A stretch of DNA of 64,000 nt from positions 2,432,001 to 2,496,000 of the forward strand of contig OZ219791.1 of the NCBI GenBank assembly GCA_964291215.2, written 5' to 3'. A model generated the notes under the pieces. It saw nothing but the letters and a program-made list of their open reading frames with translations. It was not told the DNA's origin and did no database searches. This stretch comes from Alphaproteobacteria bacterium. GTDB taxonomy: Bacteria > Pseudomonadota > Alphaproteobacteria > MPNO01 > UBA830. Shown piece after piece: positions 42,681 to 52,449 of the stretch (position 1 is its first letter; each line of letters starts with the position of its first letter). A program made the position numbers and the translations under genes.

Positions 42681-42947
42681 AGGAGACCCACTATGTTCAG
42701 AACCAGAACCGCCAGCATCATCTGGCCGTCGCTCCAGCCCTGCGACGGGCTCCCGGACAGGCGCGGAAGCCCCGAAAGAACCCGCCTCGCCGCCAGCAAC
42801 TCGAACACCAGAACCAGACCGCCACGCGCTGTCGAAGCTGCCCCGCCTCGCTCTACTGTCACACTGATCGCAGAGCGATAACCCCTCGCCATTCCTTCAC
42901 CCGCATGGTGAAAACCAAAATACGCCCACCAGGACGCTCAAATCATT
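42681..42947 (-). pseudogene. IS1380-like transposase 5' fragment
   Basis: STARGGLVLVFELL...QGWSDGQMMLAVLVLNIVG. Confidence 0.55.
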
Positions 42948-44072
42948 CTAGTGTTATGTCAGCAATGATATGTCGTACATTTGGTGCTAGACTGTCCGTC
43001 CATTCGGGATGGAGGTCGGAGTATGAAACGCTACGTGGTGACCCTGGACGAACGGGCAGAACTTTCGGAGATCAAGGGCTCGCACCTGTCGCAAAAGGTA
43101 ATCAACGCCCTGCTTAACTGCGACGAGGGCGTGTTCAATGAATGCCAGATGACCGGGAAGGTCATTGCCGAGATTCTGCGCATCAGCATGCGCAAAGTAG
43201 ACCGGGTGAAAAAGCGTTTCGTTGAAGAGGGGTTGGAGGCGGCATTGGGTGGCCGGCGCCGTCCTACCTACATGCGAAAAGCCGACGGCGTCTTCGAGGC
43301 GCGCTTGGTGGCCCTGAGTTGTGGTGAACCGCCTGAGGGTTACGCGCAATGGTCGTTGCGGCTGCTGGCCGACCGCGTTGTCGAGCTTGGTTACACCGTG
43401 TCACACGAGACGGTGCGGCGTGTTCTAAAAAAACTGCCTCAAGCCATGGCAGCGGGTGGGTAATTCCTCCTCAAGGGAACGCCGACTTCGCCGCAGCGAA
43501 GGTGCTCGATCGCCGTCCCGCCGCCTTCCCCGTGGTCTGCATGGACGAAACGCTCCGACCGGCGAGACACGGCAACCGATCGCCATGGCGCCGGGACGGC
43601 CAGCACGTAACGACTACGAGTATCGACGTTGCGGTACCTGCAACGTCTTCACGGAACCCCTGGCCGGCAAGCGCATGACCAAGGTAACCGAGCGCAAGAT
43701 CGACTGGGCGCAGTTCCTGGCCGACATCGCCGAGCGCTACCAGGATGCTACCACCATCACCTTGGTGATGGACAACCTCAACACTCCCCGGCGCCCTCTA
43801 CGAGGCCTACCCGCCGGACGAGGCCAAGGCCCTGTGGGACCGCTTCGAGTTCGTCTACACCCCCAAGCACGGCAGTTGGCTGAACGTGGTCGAACTCAAC
43901 GTCATGATCCGCCTGAACCGCCGCATCGACTGCATCGAGGTGCTACGCCGGGAAGTTGCCGCCTGGCAGGCGACTGCATTCAGGCCAAGGTGGATTGGCA
44001 GTTCACCACCGATGATGCCCGCGTGAAACTCAAACGTCGTTATCCGACATTTTATGAATGACAAGACACTAG
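42948..44072 (+). mobile_element. IS630-family element type B, copy 2 (uninterrupted but microdeleted)
   Basis: CTAG-bounded TIR; PPEGYAQWSLRLLADRVVEL, A7 site, VVCMDE, VMDNLNT and WQFTTDDARVKLKR motifs. Confidence 0.9.
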
Positions 44073-44196
44073 GAAAGGCATCGGACAACATGACACCCCT
44101 GCCGCAGCTCGCCGATCAGGGAGACCGCAACGCGCTTGACGGCGCGGGGCGGATTGTGTCATACTTGCGGCGTTGATCCTGAACGGAGACCGCGAC

Positions 44197-45477
44197 ATGG
44201 CCAGATTCAGAAGAACCGACGGCGACGACAGGCTCTACGGCAACTTGCTCTTCGGCGGCGCTGGCAACGACAGGCTCTACGGCAACTCGCTCTACGGCAA
44301 CGAGCTCTACGGCGGAGCCGGCAACGACATGATCTACGGCGGCGACGGCGACCACGGCCACGACAGGCTCTACGGCGGCGACGGCGACGACTGGCTCCAC
44401 GGCGGCGCTGGCCTCGACAGGCTCCACGGCGGCGCTGGCCTCGACAGGCTCCACGGCGACGCTGGCGACGACTGGCTGGAAGGCGGAGCCGGCAACGACA
44501 TGCTCTACGGCGGAGCCGGCAACGACTGGCTCTTTGGCGGCGACGGCGACGACAAGCTTCGGGGCGGCGCTGGCAACGACAGGCTCGACGGCCTCAACGG
44601 CAACGACAGGCTCTCTGGCGGCGCTGGCAACGACTGCCTCTCTGGCGGCGACGGCGACGACAGGCTCTACGCCGAAGCCGGCAACGACATGCTCTACGGC
44701 GGAGCCGGCAACGACAGGCTCTACGGCGGCGCTGGCGACGACACGCTCTACGGCGACGGCGGCAACGACTGGCTCTCTGGCGGCGACGGCGGCGACACGC
44801 TCCGGGGCGACGCTGGCAACGACACGCTCCGGGGCGGCACTGGCGACGACACGCTCTACGGCGATGCTGGCGACGACACGCTCTACGGCGGGAAGGGCGA
44901 CGACACGCTCTACGGCGACGGCGGCAACGACTGGCTCTCTGGCGGCGACGGCGGCGACACGCTCCGGGGCGACGCTGGCAACGACACGCTCCGGGGCGGC
45001 ACTGGCGACGACACGCTCTACGGCGATGCTGGCGACGACACGCTCTACGGCGGGAAGGGCGACGACACGCTCTACGGCGACGGCGGCAACGACTGGCTCT
45101 CTGGCGGCGACGGCGGCGACACGCTCCGGGGCGACGCTGGCAACGACACGCTCCGGGGCGGCACTGGCGACGACACGCTCTACGGCGGCACTGGCGACGA
45201 CACGCTCTACGGCGGGAAGGACGACGACACGCTCCGGGGCGGCGCTGGCAACGACCGCTTTTTCTTCGATGCCGAAAGCGACCATGACGCCATTGCCGAC
45301 TTCGGGAACGGCAGCGATACCATCGTGTTCAAACAGAATCTGGCCTACGCCGACATCATCATCAAGGACCGCGACGCCGGGGCCGTGATTACCGGGCCTA
45401 ATGATGACTGGAGCATCACGCTTGAAGGCGTGACAGCGGCCGAGCTTACCGAAAGCGACTTTGAGTTTCTGGGATAG
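44197..45477 (+). CDS. RTX (hemolysin-type Ca-binding) repeat protein, probable T1SS substrate
   Basis: Almost entirely GGxGxDxLx nonapeptides; C-terminal D.I.DF...ITLEGV....L..SDF.F tail; ~3 tandem copies of a 162-bp unit at ~44737-45222. Confidence 0.92.
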   Translation: MARFRRTDGDDRLYGNLLFGGAGNDRLYGNSLYGNELYGGAGNDMIYGGDGDHGHDRLYGGDGDDWLHGGAGLDRLHGGAGLDRLHGDAGDDWLEGGAGNDMLYGGAGNDWLFGGDGDDKLRGGAGNDRLDGLNGNDRLSGGAGNDCLSGGDGDDRLYAEAGNDMLYGGAGNDRLYGGAGDDTLYGDGGNDWLSGGDGGDTLRGDAGNDTLRGGTGDDTLYGDAGDDTLYGGKGDDTLYGDGGNDWLSGGDGGDTLRGDAGNDTLRGGTGDDTLYGDAGDDTLYGGKGDDTLYGDGGNDWLSGGDGGDTLRGDAGNDTLRGGTGDDTLYGGTGDDTLYGGKDDDTLRGGAGNDRFFFDAESDHDAIADFGNGSDTIVFKQNLAYADIIIKDRDAGAVITGPNDDWSITLEGVTAAELTESDFEFLG

Positions 45478-45559
45478 CTCGCGGCGTAGTCTCGATGCGC
45501 TAGCGCATCATCGTCCCACCCCGCGAGCACCCCAGACACGCGGGGCGGGAACCCTGCTT

Positions 45560-46625
45560 ATGTAAGCGGCGCGCGACCGGGCGGCGGAGGCGCAGGCGAA
45601 CCGGGTGAATGCGGCGGTTCTGCCGCATGTGGCGGCGGCGGCGATGTCGCAGACGCTGGGGGCGGTGACGGGGTGCATCGAGGCGGCCGGCAGGCCGGGC
45701 AGCTCGCTGCGGTTCGGCGCCCTGCCGTCGTCGCCGGTGGGGGACGAGTGGGCGTCGCCGCGCCCGGAGGAGCCGACCCTGAGCGAGATGCTGGACGGGG
45801 CGTCCTTCACGCTGGCGGCGGGCGCCGGGGAGGATGGAGCGTCAGTGCCGCCGTTGGTGGTGTGGGGCCGGGGCGAGTGGCTGTCGGGCTCGGATGACGG
45901 CGTGTCGTGGGACGGCGGCCTGTGGTCGGCGCAGCTGGGGGCGGACCTGCGGGTGCGCCCGGACCTTCTGGCGGGTGCGGCGCTCTCCCATGCGCGGGGC
46001 GAGTTGGGCACGCAGACGACCGATAGCGGGGTGAAGGGCGTGCACGAGACCACGATCACGTCGGTGCATCCCTATGCGGCGTGGCTGCTGCCGGACGGCT
46101 CGACCCTGTGGGCGAGCCTCGGCTACGGGACCGGCGAAGTGCGGATTGCCGAGGAAGGCGCGCAGCGCCGGCCTGACGCAGTGGAGCCCGGCGGCGGGTC
46201 TGACGGCCGAGTTGCGCGCGCGGCTCCTGGCGGCGCACGAGGCGGACCGCGACGAGTGGGGTGTGAGCGCGCTTGTGCGCCTCGACCCCGGGCCTGACGG
46301 GCGAGGGATGTTCCTCGCCTTCGGCCCCGCGCACGGGCGGGCGGACAGCGGTCTCGGTCAGTGGTTCGAGCACGGCCTGCCCGCGGCCGCATCCGGCACG
46401 GCAGAGAGCCGCCTGGAGGCGGAGGTGGGCTACGGGTTCGGCCTTGCCGGTCCGGGGCCTCTGGCGGTGCTCACCCCTTGGGCCGGGCTCAGCCTGGCGG
46501 AGGGGCGCACGCTGCGCCTCGGCGCGCGCTACCGCATGGGCGCGGGGCTCTCCCTCGGCCTCGAGGGCGCGCACCGGCCGGGCCCCGAAGACAGCCTCAT
46601 GCTGCGCGGCGCGCTGCGATGGTAG
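45560..46625 (+). pseudogene. Autotransporter beta-barrel domain remnant
   Basis: VWGRG, LGAD, LAGAALSH, SVHPYAAW, LEAEVGYGF and terminal LMLRGALRW; frameshifted, passenger missing. Confidence 0.75.
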
Positions 46626-46812
46626 TGTGAGGGCGGCGAACGAGGGAATGCCAGCTTCTGCGGAGCCGATGGAGGAAAGGGGCTCGACCGAGGGGAAGCG
46701 GAATTGCCATGCACGCGCGGAACCCAGTGTCGGGAAAGCGTGTACTGAGCGGCAGCGTGGATACGAAAAGCTGCAGAGAGAAACCCGAAGGAGTGTTTCC
46801 CTGCACTCCTCC
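46626..46812 (+). other. Fragment of a second, related group II intron (domain III-IV / RT start region)
   Basis: Collinear similarity to 34238-34395 (GCGGCGAAC..GCTTCTGCGGAG..GGAGGAAAGGG.CTCGACC..CAGTGTCGGG..GCTGCAGAGAG.AACCCGAAGGAG). Confidence 0.7.
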
Positions 46813-46871
46813 AGGGCTCGGTAACGAACCCTCCTGCCCGGCCTTCGCGGCATTGCGCATGGGGCCGCCGG

Positions 46872-48035
46872 TCAGGTGATGGGCGGAGCGCTTGGCGCCG
46901 GCCCCATGTCGTCCGCGAGGCTGTCCGCGACGGTGGCGGCGGCAGTCTTCACCGGTTGCCGCGCGAGGTGGGCGTAGCGGGCGGTGGTTTGGCTGTGGCC
47001 GAGGAGCCGGGCGATCGTCGGCAGGCTCTCGCCGAGCGCGAGCGCCCTGCTGGCGAAGCTGTGGCGAAGGTCGTAAAGCCGCATGTCCTCGAGTCCGGCC
47101 TCGCGGCGGACTACCCCCCACGACGAGTTGAGATTGGCGAGGTGCGTTCCGGGTCCGCGCCCGAAGATGACCCAGGGATTGCCGGGCTGCCGGGGGATGG
47201 CGGTGAGCACTCCTCTCGCCGTCGGCGACAGCGGAACCGCGCGCGCTCCGGTCTTCGCGTCGCGCAACCGGAGCTCGTCGTGTTCGAGGTCGATGTCCTC
47301 CCACTTGAGAGTGAGGATTTCGTCGCGCCGGCAACCGGTCAGCAGGCGGATCGCCGCGGCGGCGCTGACAAGAACCCGGCCGGCGCCTTCGAGTTCGTCG
47401 AGCGCGGCGCCGGTCGTATTCCTGCCCGGACAGGAAGCGCTCACGGCTTCGCGCCGGATACTTCCTGATGAACCGGCAGGGATTGCCGCCGGGCGGCGCG
47501 TTGCCCGAGGCCGCGGCCCTCAGGAAGAGCCGCGACAGCAGGGAGACCGTCTGGTTCGCCATGATGGGCGTCTCGCGGAGCCGGTAGTGCAGCGCGGTAA
47601 CGTGATCGGGCGTGACCTCGCCGAGGCGCAGCGCCCCGAACCGGGGGAGGAGGAACCTGTCGAGGATGTGGCGGCAGGATTGCTGCGTGGACGGCTTGCA
47701 GCGCAGGGCCACATGTTGGGTCATGTAGTCGTCCGCCAGCCCGGCGATCCGGTGGCGGACGCGGAGTCCGCGCCGGGACGGCCCGGCGTCCTGCCCGCCT
47801 TGATGTCTGCGATCAGCGCTCCGGCCTCGCGCGCTCGGTCGACCATGCGCCCGATGGTAACGCGCCGGGTCTTCCCGCCGGAACGCGCGTGCGCGATGTA
47901 GACCTTCGCCCCGGTCGCATGGACGCGCACGCCGAAGCCGGGCAGGTGGCGGTCCCAGTAGACGATTTCCCGGTCAGCGACGTGAAGCCGGTCGACGGAC
48001 TGTCTGGAGAGGGTGAGCTTGTTGGTGCTGTGCAT
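46872..48035 (-). pseudogene. Tyrosine recombinase/integrase with N-terminal arm-binding (DUF4102-like) domain, frameshifted
   Basis: YWDRHLPGFGVRV, LTGCRRDEIL, DAKTG, DLRHSFAS and LLGHSQTTARYAH motifs. Confidence 0.88.
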
Positions 48036-48072
48036 GGAGTGTCCTTCCGGAGTATGCGTTGACGCGGGCGCG

Positions 48073-50504
48073 CTAGCGGCCGTCCGGCGCCATGATCCTG
48101 GCGCCGATGTCGGCGGCGATCCGGGCCGAGGACATCCGCACCGAGTCCCGCGCGAGGTAACGCGCGGTGGTGCTCACCTTGCGGTGGCCGAGCAGGTCGC
48201 CGATCATCGCCAGGCCCTCGCCCAGCGCGAGCGCCCTGGAAGCGAAGGTGTGGCGCAAGTCGTGCAGGCGGACGCCGTCGAGACCGGCGCCCTTGCGGAT
48301 GCGGTCCCAGGAGTCGTTGAGGTTGACCAGGTGCGCGCCCTTCTTCCTGCCGGGGAAGACCTAGTAGTCCACCGGCATTGTATTGATGGTTTTTTGTGGG
48401 TAGTATTCCTGTGTCGGCATCCGTTGGAATCTGGACAGTGCCGATATCCACACGGGCAGATGCCGAACAGGCAGGCAGCCCCATGCGCAGGTCCGGACAA
48501 CGGGCATGCCCGCAGGTCTTCGGCGCAATGACAGGAGCGGCGCATATGGCCAACTTTCGGGGCAGGAAGCTCTACCGCGTGACCCTTTCAACGCAGGAGC
48601 GCCAGGATCTGAAGGCGATCGTCGACGGCACCGGGGCCGCCTGGTGCCGGGCACAAATCCTGATGCTGGCCGACGAGGGGGCGCTCGGCTTGTCGATACC
48701 GACATTGCGCAAGGGCTGGGCATCGGCACGGCGACGGTCGAGCGCTTGCGCAAGCGCTGCGTCCTGGAGGGGCTGGACGCCGCCCTCAGCCGCAAGGAGC
48801 AGGTGAACCGCCGGCCGAAACGGCTGGACGGGGCGATGGAGGCGAAGCTGGTCGCCCTGCTCGTCCCCGCCCGAGGGCTGTGCGCGCTGGACGCTGAAGC
48901 TGCTCGCCGGCCGTCTGGTGGAGATGGAGATTGTCGAGCGCATTTCAGAAGAGACGGTCAGGAAGACGCTAAAAAAAAGAGATCAAGCCGTGGCTGAACT
49001 GGTGCATTCCACCGCACCGGAGCGCACAGTTCGTGGCAACGATGGAGGATGTGCTTGACATTTATCAGCGGGACTTTGCCGGGGACGAGGTGCTGGTGTG
49101 CATGGATGAAACCAGCCGGCAGCAGACGAAGGAAACCCCCCGTCCTCCGGTCAGCCGGAGGTGGTCGACTATGAATATGAGCGCAACGGTACGGCCAACC
49201 TCTTCATGGCCTTTGCGCCCAACGAGAACTGGCGCACGGTGAAAGTCACCGACCGCCGCGGGACTGGGCGCACTTCATCCGGGAGCTTGCCGACGACCAT
49301 TTCCCCGACAGGAAGATCGTGCTGGACAATCTGAACACGCACAGTCCCGCATCACTATATAAAGCTTTCGAGCCCGAGGAGGCGGTACGAAAGCGGTTCG
49401 AGTTTCGCTATACGCCGAAGCACGGAAGCTGGCTCAACATGGCCGAGATCGAGATCGGCGCGCTGTCGCGGCAATGCCTTCGGCGACGCATTCCCGACCG
49501 CGACACCATGCTGCGGGAGACCGTGGCGTGGGTCGAGCGCCGCAATGCGGCCGATGTCACTGTCGACTGGCGTTTCACGACGAAGGATGCCCGGACGAAA
49601 CTGAAGTCTCTATATCCGTCAATCCAATAATGTTAGACTACTAGGGATTGCCGGGTGTGCGGGGAAGGCCGGCGAACACTGCGGCCACCCTTGCTGGCAT
49701 CGGCACCATCCGCGCGCCGGTCTTGGAGTCGCGCAACCGCATCTCGCCGGTGTCGAAGTTGAGGTCGTCCCACCGCAGGCCGAGGATCTCGTTGCGCCGG
49801 CATCCGGTCAGCACGAGAAGGTAGATGGCGGCCGCCGCATGGGGGACGCCCGGCGGGCGCGGCCCTGAGCGCCTCGCCGGGAGAGTTCCTCGCGGGTGAG
49901 GAAGCGCTCGTGCTTCTCGACCCTGAAACGGGGCACGCTCCGGGCCGGGTTGCGCCCCGAGGGACACCAGCCCCACTCGTCGGCCAGATTGAACATCTTG
50001 ACCAGAATGTCGGCCGCCCGGTTAGCGACACTGGGGCTGTGATGCAGCGCGTCGTGGAAGCGCAGGATGTCCTTGTGCCCGACCTCGGCGACGAGACGCC
50101 CGCCGAGGGCGGGCACGATGTGCTTGCGCAGCATGATCCGGTAGTGGGAGACGGTGGCCGGCTTGCAGTGCATCTCGACATGTTCGCGGAAGTAGCGGTC
50201 CGCGAGGTCGGCGACGGTGGGATCGTTGGCCGGGTCCTGCGGGGGCTGCCCCGTCTTGATGCGGACGATGACCTCGGCGGCCTCCTTACGGGTCGGCGGA
50301 GAGCGGGTTGCCGTGCTCGCCGAGGGTCACGCGTCTGGAACGGCCGAAGGCTCGCGTCTGGACGACGAAGACCTTCTTGCCGCTCGCGTAGACGCGCAGG
50401 CCGAAACCGGGCAGCTCACGGTCCCAGTAGACGGTGTCCCTGCCATCGACGGGGAGACTGTCGACGATACTCTTGGAGAGAGTGCGGTACTGGCGTTGCG
50501 TCAT
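48073..50504 (-). pseudogene. Second tyrosine recombinase/integrase (DUF4102-like), interrupted by IS630-A
   Basis: YWDRELPGFGLRV, LTGCRRNEIL, DSKTG, HDLRHTFAS and LLGHRKVSTTARY motifs. Confidence 0.88.
48361..49644 (+). mobile_element. IS630-family element type A, copy 2
   Basis: Near-identical to 32393-33603; CTAG at both ends. Confidence 0.92.
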
Positions 50505-51378
50505 GGCGTCCTGCTCCGGAAACGAGGGCGTTCGGTCATGGCGACGACGATGCCGGCTCCGCGTTGCGGCAGGTCCGGTCCGACTTCGGTCTGCGCCATC
50601 GCTCCCTCCGTCACGGCCTCGCCGAACCGGATTCGACGGATGGCGTCCTGCGGCTGAACGGGTCGATTGTCTCGTAAGCGCAGCGGGAATGCGAGCGTGC
50701 GAAACGGGTCGTAAGCACTCGCTCTCTTGTCTCGTTTGGCGACTGTAGGTTCCATGGCCGCAATCTGGTGGACTGAAATAACCCTGTCAACGCAACCGCT
50801 TATGTCACACATGCCTCGAATGGAAGGGCCTGGCAGGGATGCCGAGGTAGGTGCGTCTCGGTGAGTTATTTACTGGACACCAACGTCATGATCTGCCAGT
50901 GCCTGAACCGCCGCATCGACTGCATCGAGGTGCTACGCCGGGAAGTTGCCGCCTGGCAGGCCTCCCGCGACCGCATCCGGGCCAAGGTGGATTGGCAGTT
51001 CACCACCGACGATGCCCGCGTGAAACTCAAACATCTCTATCCGACATTTAACGAATGACAGGACACTAGATATACCGGGTTTGGCGGCGGGGCCAAGCGA
51101 ATCTGTGATATCCTGGCACTGTGGCGGCCATGGCCGGCAGGAAATCGCAAATATCATGGGGACCCGCACACGCCACACCAAAATATGGTGTATCGGACAG
51201 GGCTGCCGCATCAATTTCGCCTTCAACTGACGCAAAAAGTGCCAACTTGAGGCAAGACGAATCTTCGCCGTCGGGCCGTATGCAAGCCGCCGAGGGCGCG
51301 TCAGTCGGAACCTCAGTAAGACGCTCGGGCGCGAGACCGACGACGGCGCCCGGGACAGCTGCGCACGATGGTGAAGGC

Positions 51379-52317
51379 CTACTCGGCCGCCGTTGCGTGG
51401 GCCGCCGCCTGGACGTCAGCGTTGATGAGATCCAGGGGCGAACCGGTCTCTGTGAGCATGCCCCAACTCTTGATCCAGTCTGCCGTCCGCTTGAGTTCTT
51501 CGTCCGGAATTGGGGCCGGATCAACCACGACGATGCGGCTTTCCCGGAGATCATCGACTGTAAGGGTACCGATTTCCGGATCCTTCTTCTTGTGATGATC
51601 GATGAAGAGCTGCATGCACTTGCGCTTGTCGGCGTTGATCAGCCTGACGGCCTCTCGAACCGCGCGGTTGAAGGCGCCGTAGGTTTCGCCGTCGACCGCG
51701 TCCGAAGCGACCTCCGTGCCGTGGTAGTAGGCGGCGCACAGGATGCGGCAGCCATTCTTCTCGGCGAATGAGAGATAGGGCTCGGTCAGGGTTGTGGCCT
51801 CGATCTCGCCCGCCATCATGGCGTCGTAGCGAAGGCGGGAGCCGTTGGGGGCGCTGCACAGGTTGATGTCCTCGCGCGGCATGAATCCTTCGAGCATGTG
51901 GAGGGCGAGGTAATGCGTACCGAAATAGAACGGTACGCCAACGAGTTTCCCGGCCAGCTGCTGCGGCGTGTAGCACGGTGAATCGGGGCGCACGACGAGC
52001 CCGGCATAGGTCACGATCGCGCGACGGCCGATCTGCCGCCCGCTGGAGATGCCGCTGTCCTGAACCCGGCAGTAATTGCCCCACTCGCACGCGTTGTACA
52101 TGTCGGCTTTGCCCTGTTCGAACAGCCGCCCATGGCTCGAGTGCGGATCAAGTTCGTCGGGCCGTGTGATTTCGGTCTGGAGCTGCGGAGCAGTGCCCTT
52201 GTCGCGGTCTGCCCATTCGACGATCAGCCCCTCCTTTTCGAAGAGGCCCTCGTCATAGGCTACGAGTTCGGCGAAGCCCTGGAAGGGGGCGGTATTTTCA
52301 AGAACGAGCTTCCTCAT
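51379..52317 (-). CDS. ABC-type substrate-binding-fold protein (SsuA/THI5-like), no obvious signal peptide
   Basis: VAYDEGLFEKEGL, L.GK.VGV...GTHY and TLTEPY motifs. Confidence 0.7.
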   Translation of the reverse strand: MRKLVLENTAPFQGFAELVAYDEGLFEKEGLIVEWADRDKGTAPQLQTEITRPDELDPHSSHGRLFEQGKADMYNACEWGNYCRVQDSGISSGRQIGRRAIVTYAGLVVRPDSPCYTPQQLAGKLVGVPFYFGTHYLALHMLEGFMPREDINLCSAPNGSRLRYDAMMAGEIEATTLTEPYLSFAEKNGCRILCAAYYHGTEVASDAVDGETYGAFNRAVREAVRLINADKRKCMQLFIDHHKKKDPEIGTLTVDDLRESRIVVVDPAPIPDEELKRTADWIKSWGMLTETGSPLDLINADVQAAAHATAAE

Positions 52318-52449
52318 CACTCTCTCCTGCCTTTCCGGCCGATGCAGTCAGTGCATCGATCCGTGAACGATGCGCATGTTTTCCCATATCGGGCTCGGCA
52401 AGCCAAGCGATCCGTGCCTCCGGTCCCGGTTCGCAATCGGCTGCGCGTC

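Larger units (their letters stand above)
37874..50880. mobile_element. Putative ~13-kb integrative element with tandem tyrosine recombinases
   Basis: Separates adjacent segments of IS630-B; two integrase genes near one end and an Xis-like HTH near the other; no clear att repeat seen. Confidence 0.55.
33600..51069 (+). mobile_element. IS630-family element type B, copy 1, in four pieces (33600-33894, 35492-35743, 37441-37873, ~50881-51069)
   Basis: Pieces are collinear with the uninterrupted copy at 42948-44072; ends CTAGTGTCATGTCA / TGACAGGACACTAG. Confidence 0.82.
32103..51251 (-). mobile_element. IS1634-family element copy 2 (3'-truncated; 5' UTR split by an 18.7-kb nested insertion)
   Basis: Transposase 5' fragment 32103-32360 matches 11330-11590; UTR resumes at 51070 (ATATACCGGGTTTGGCGGCGGGG, as at ~11626); terminus AAAAGTGCCAACTTGAG at 51251. 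Confidence 0.8.

Noticed and set aside
44197-45260. Regular 27-bp periodic repeats as a possible CRISPR array
   Set aside because: They are coding RTX nonapeptides with no unique spacers and no cas genes
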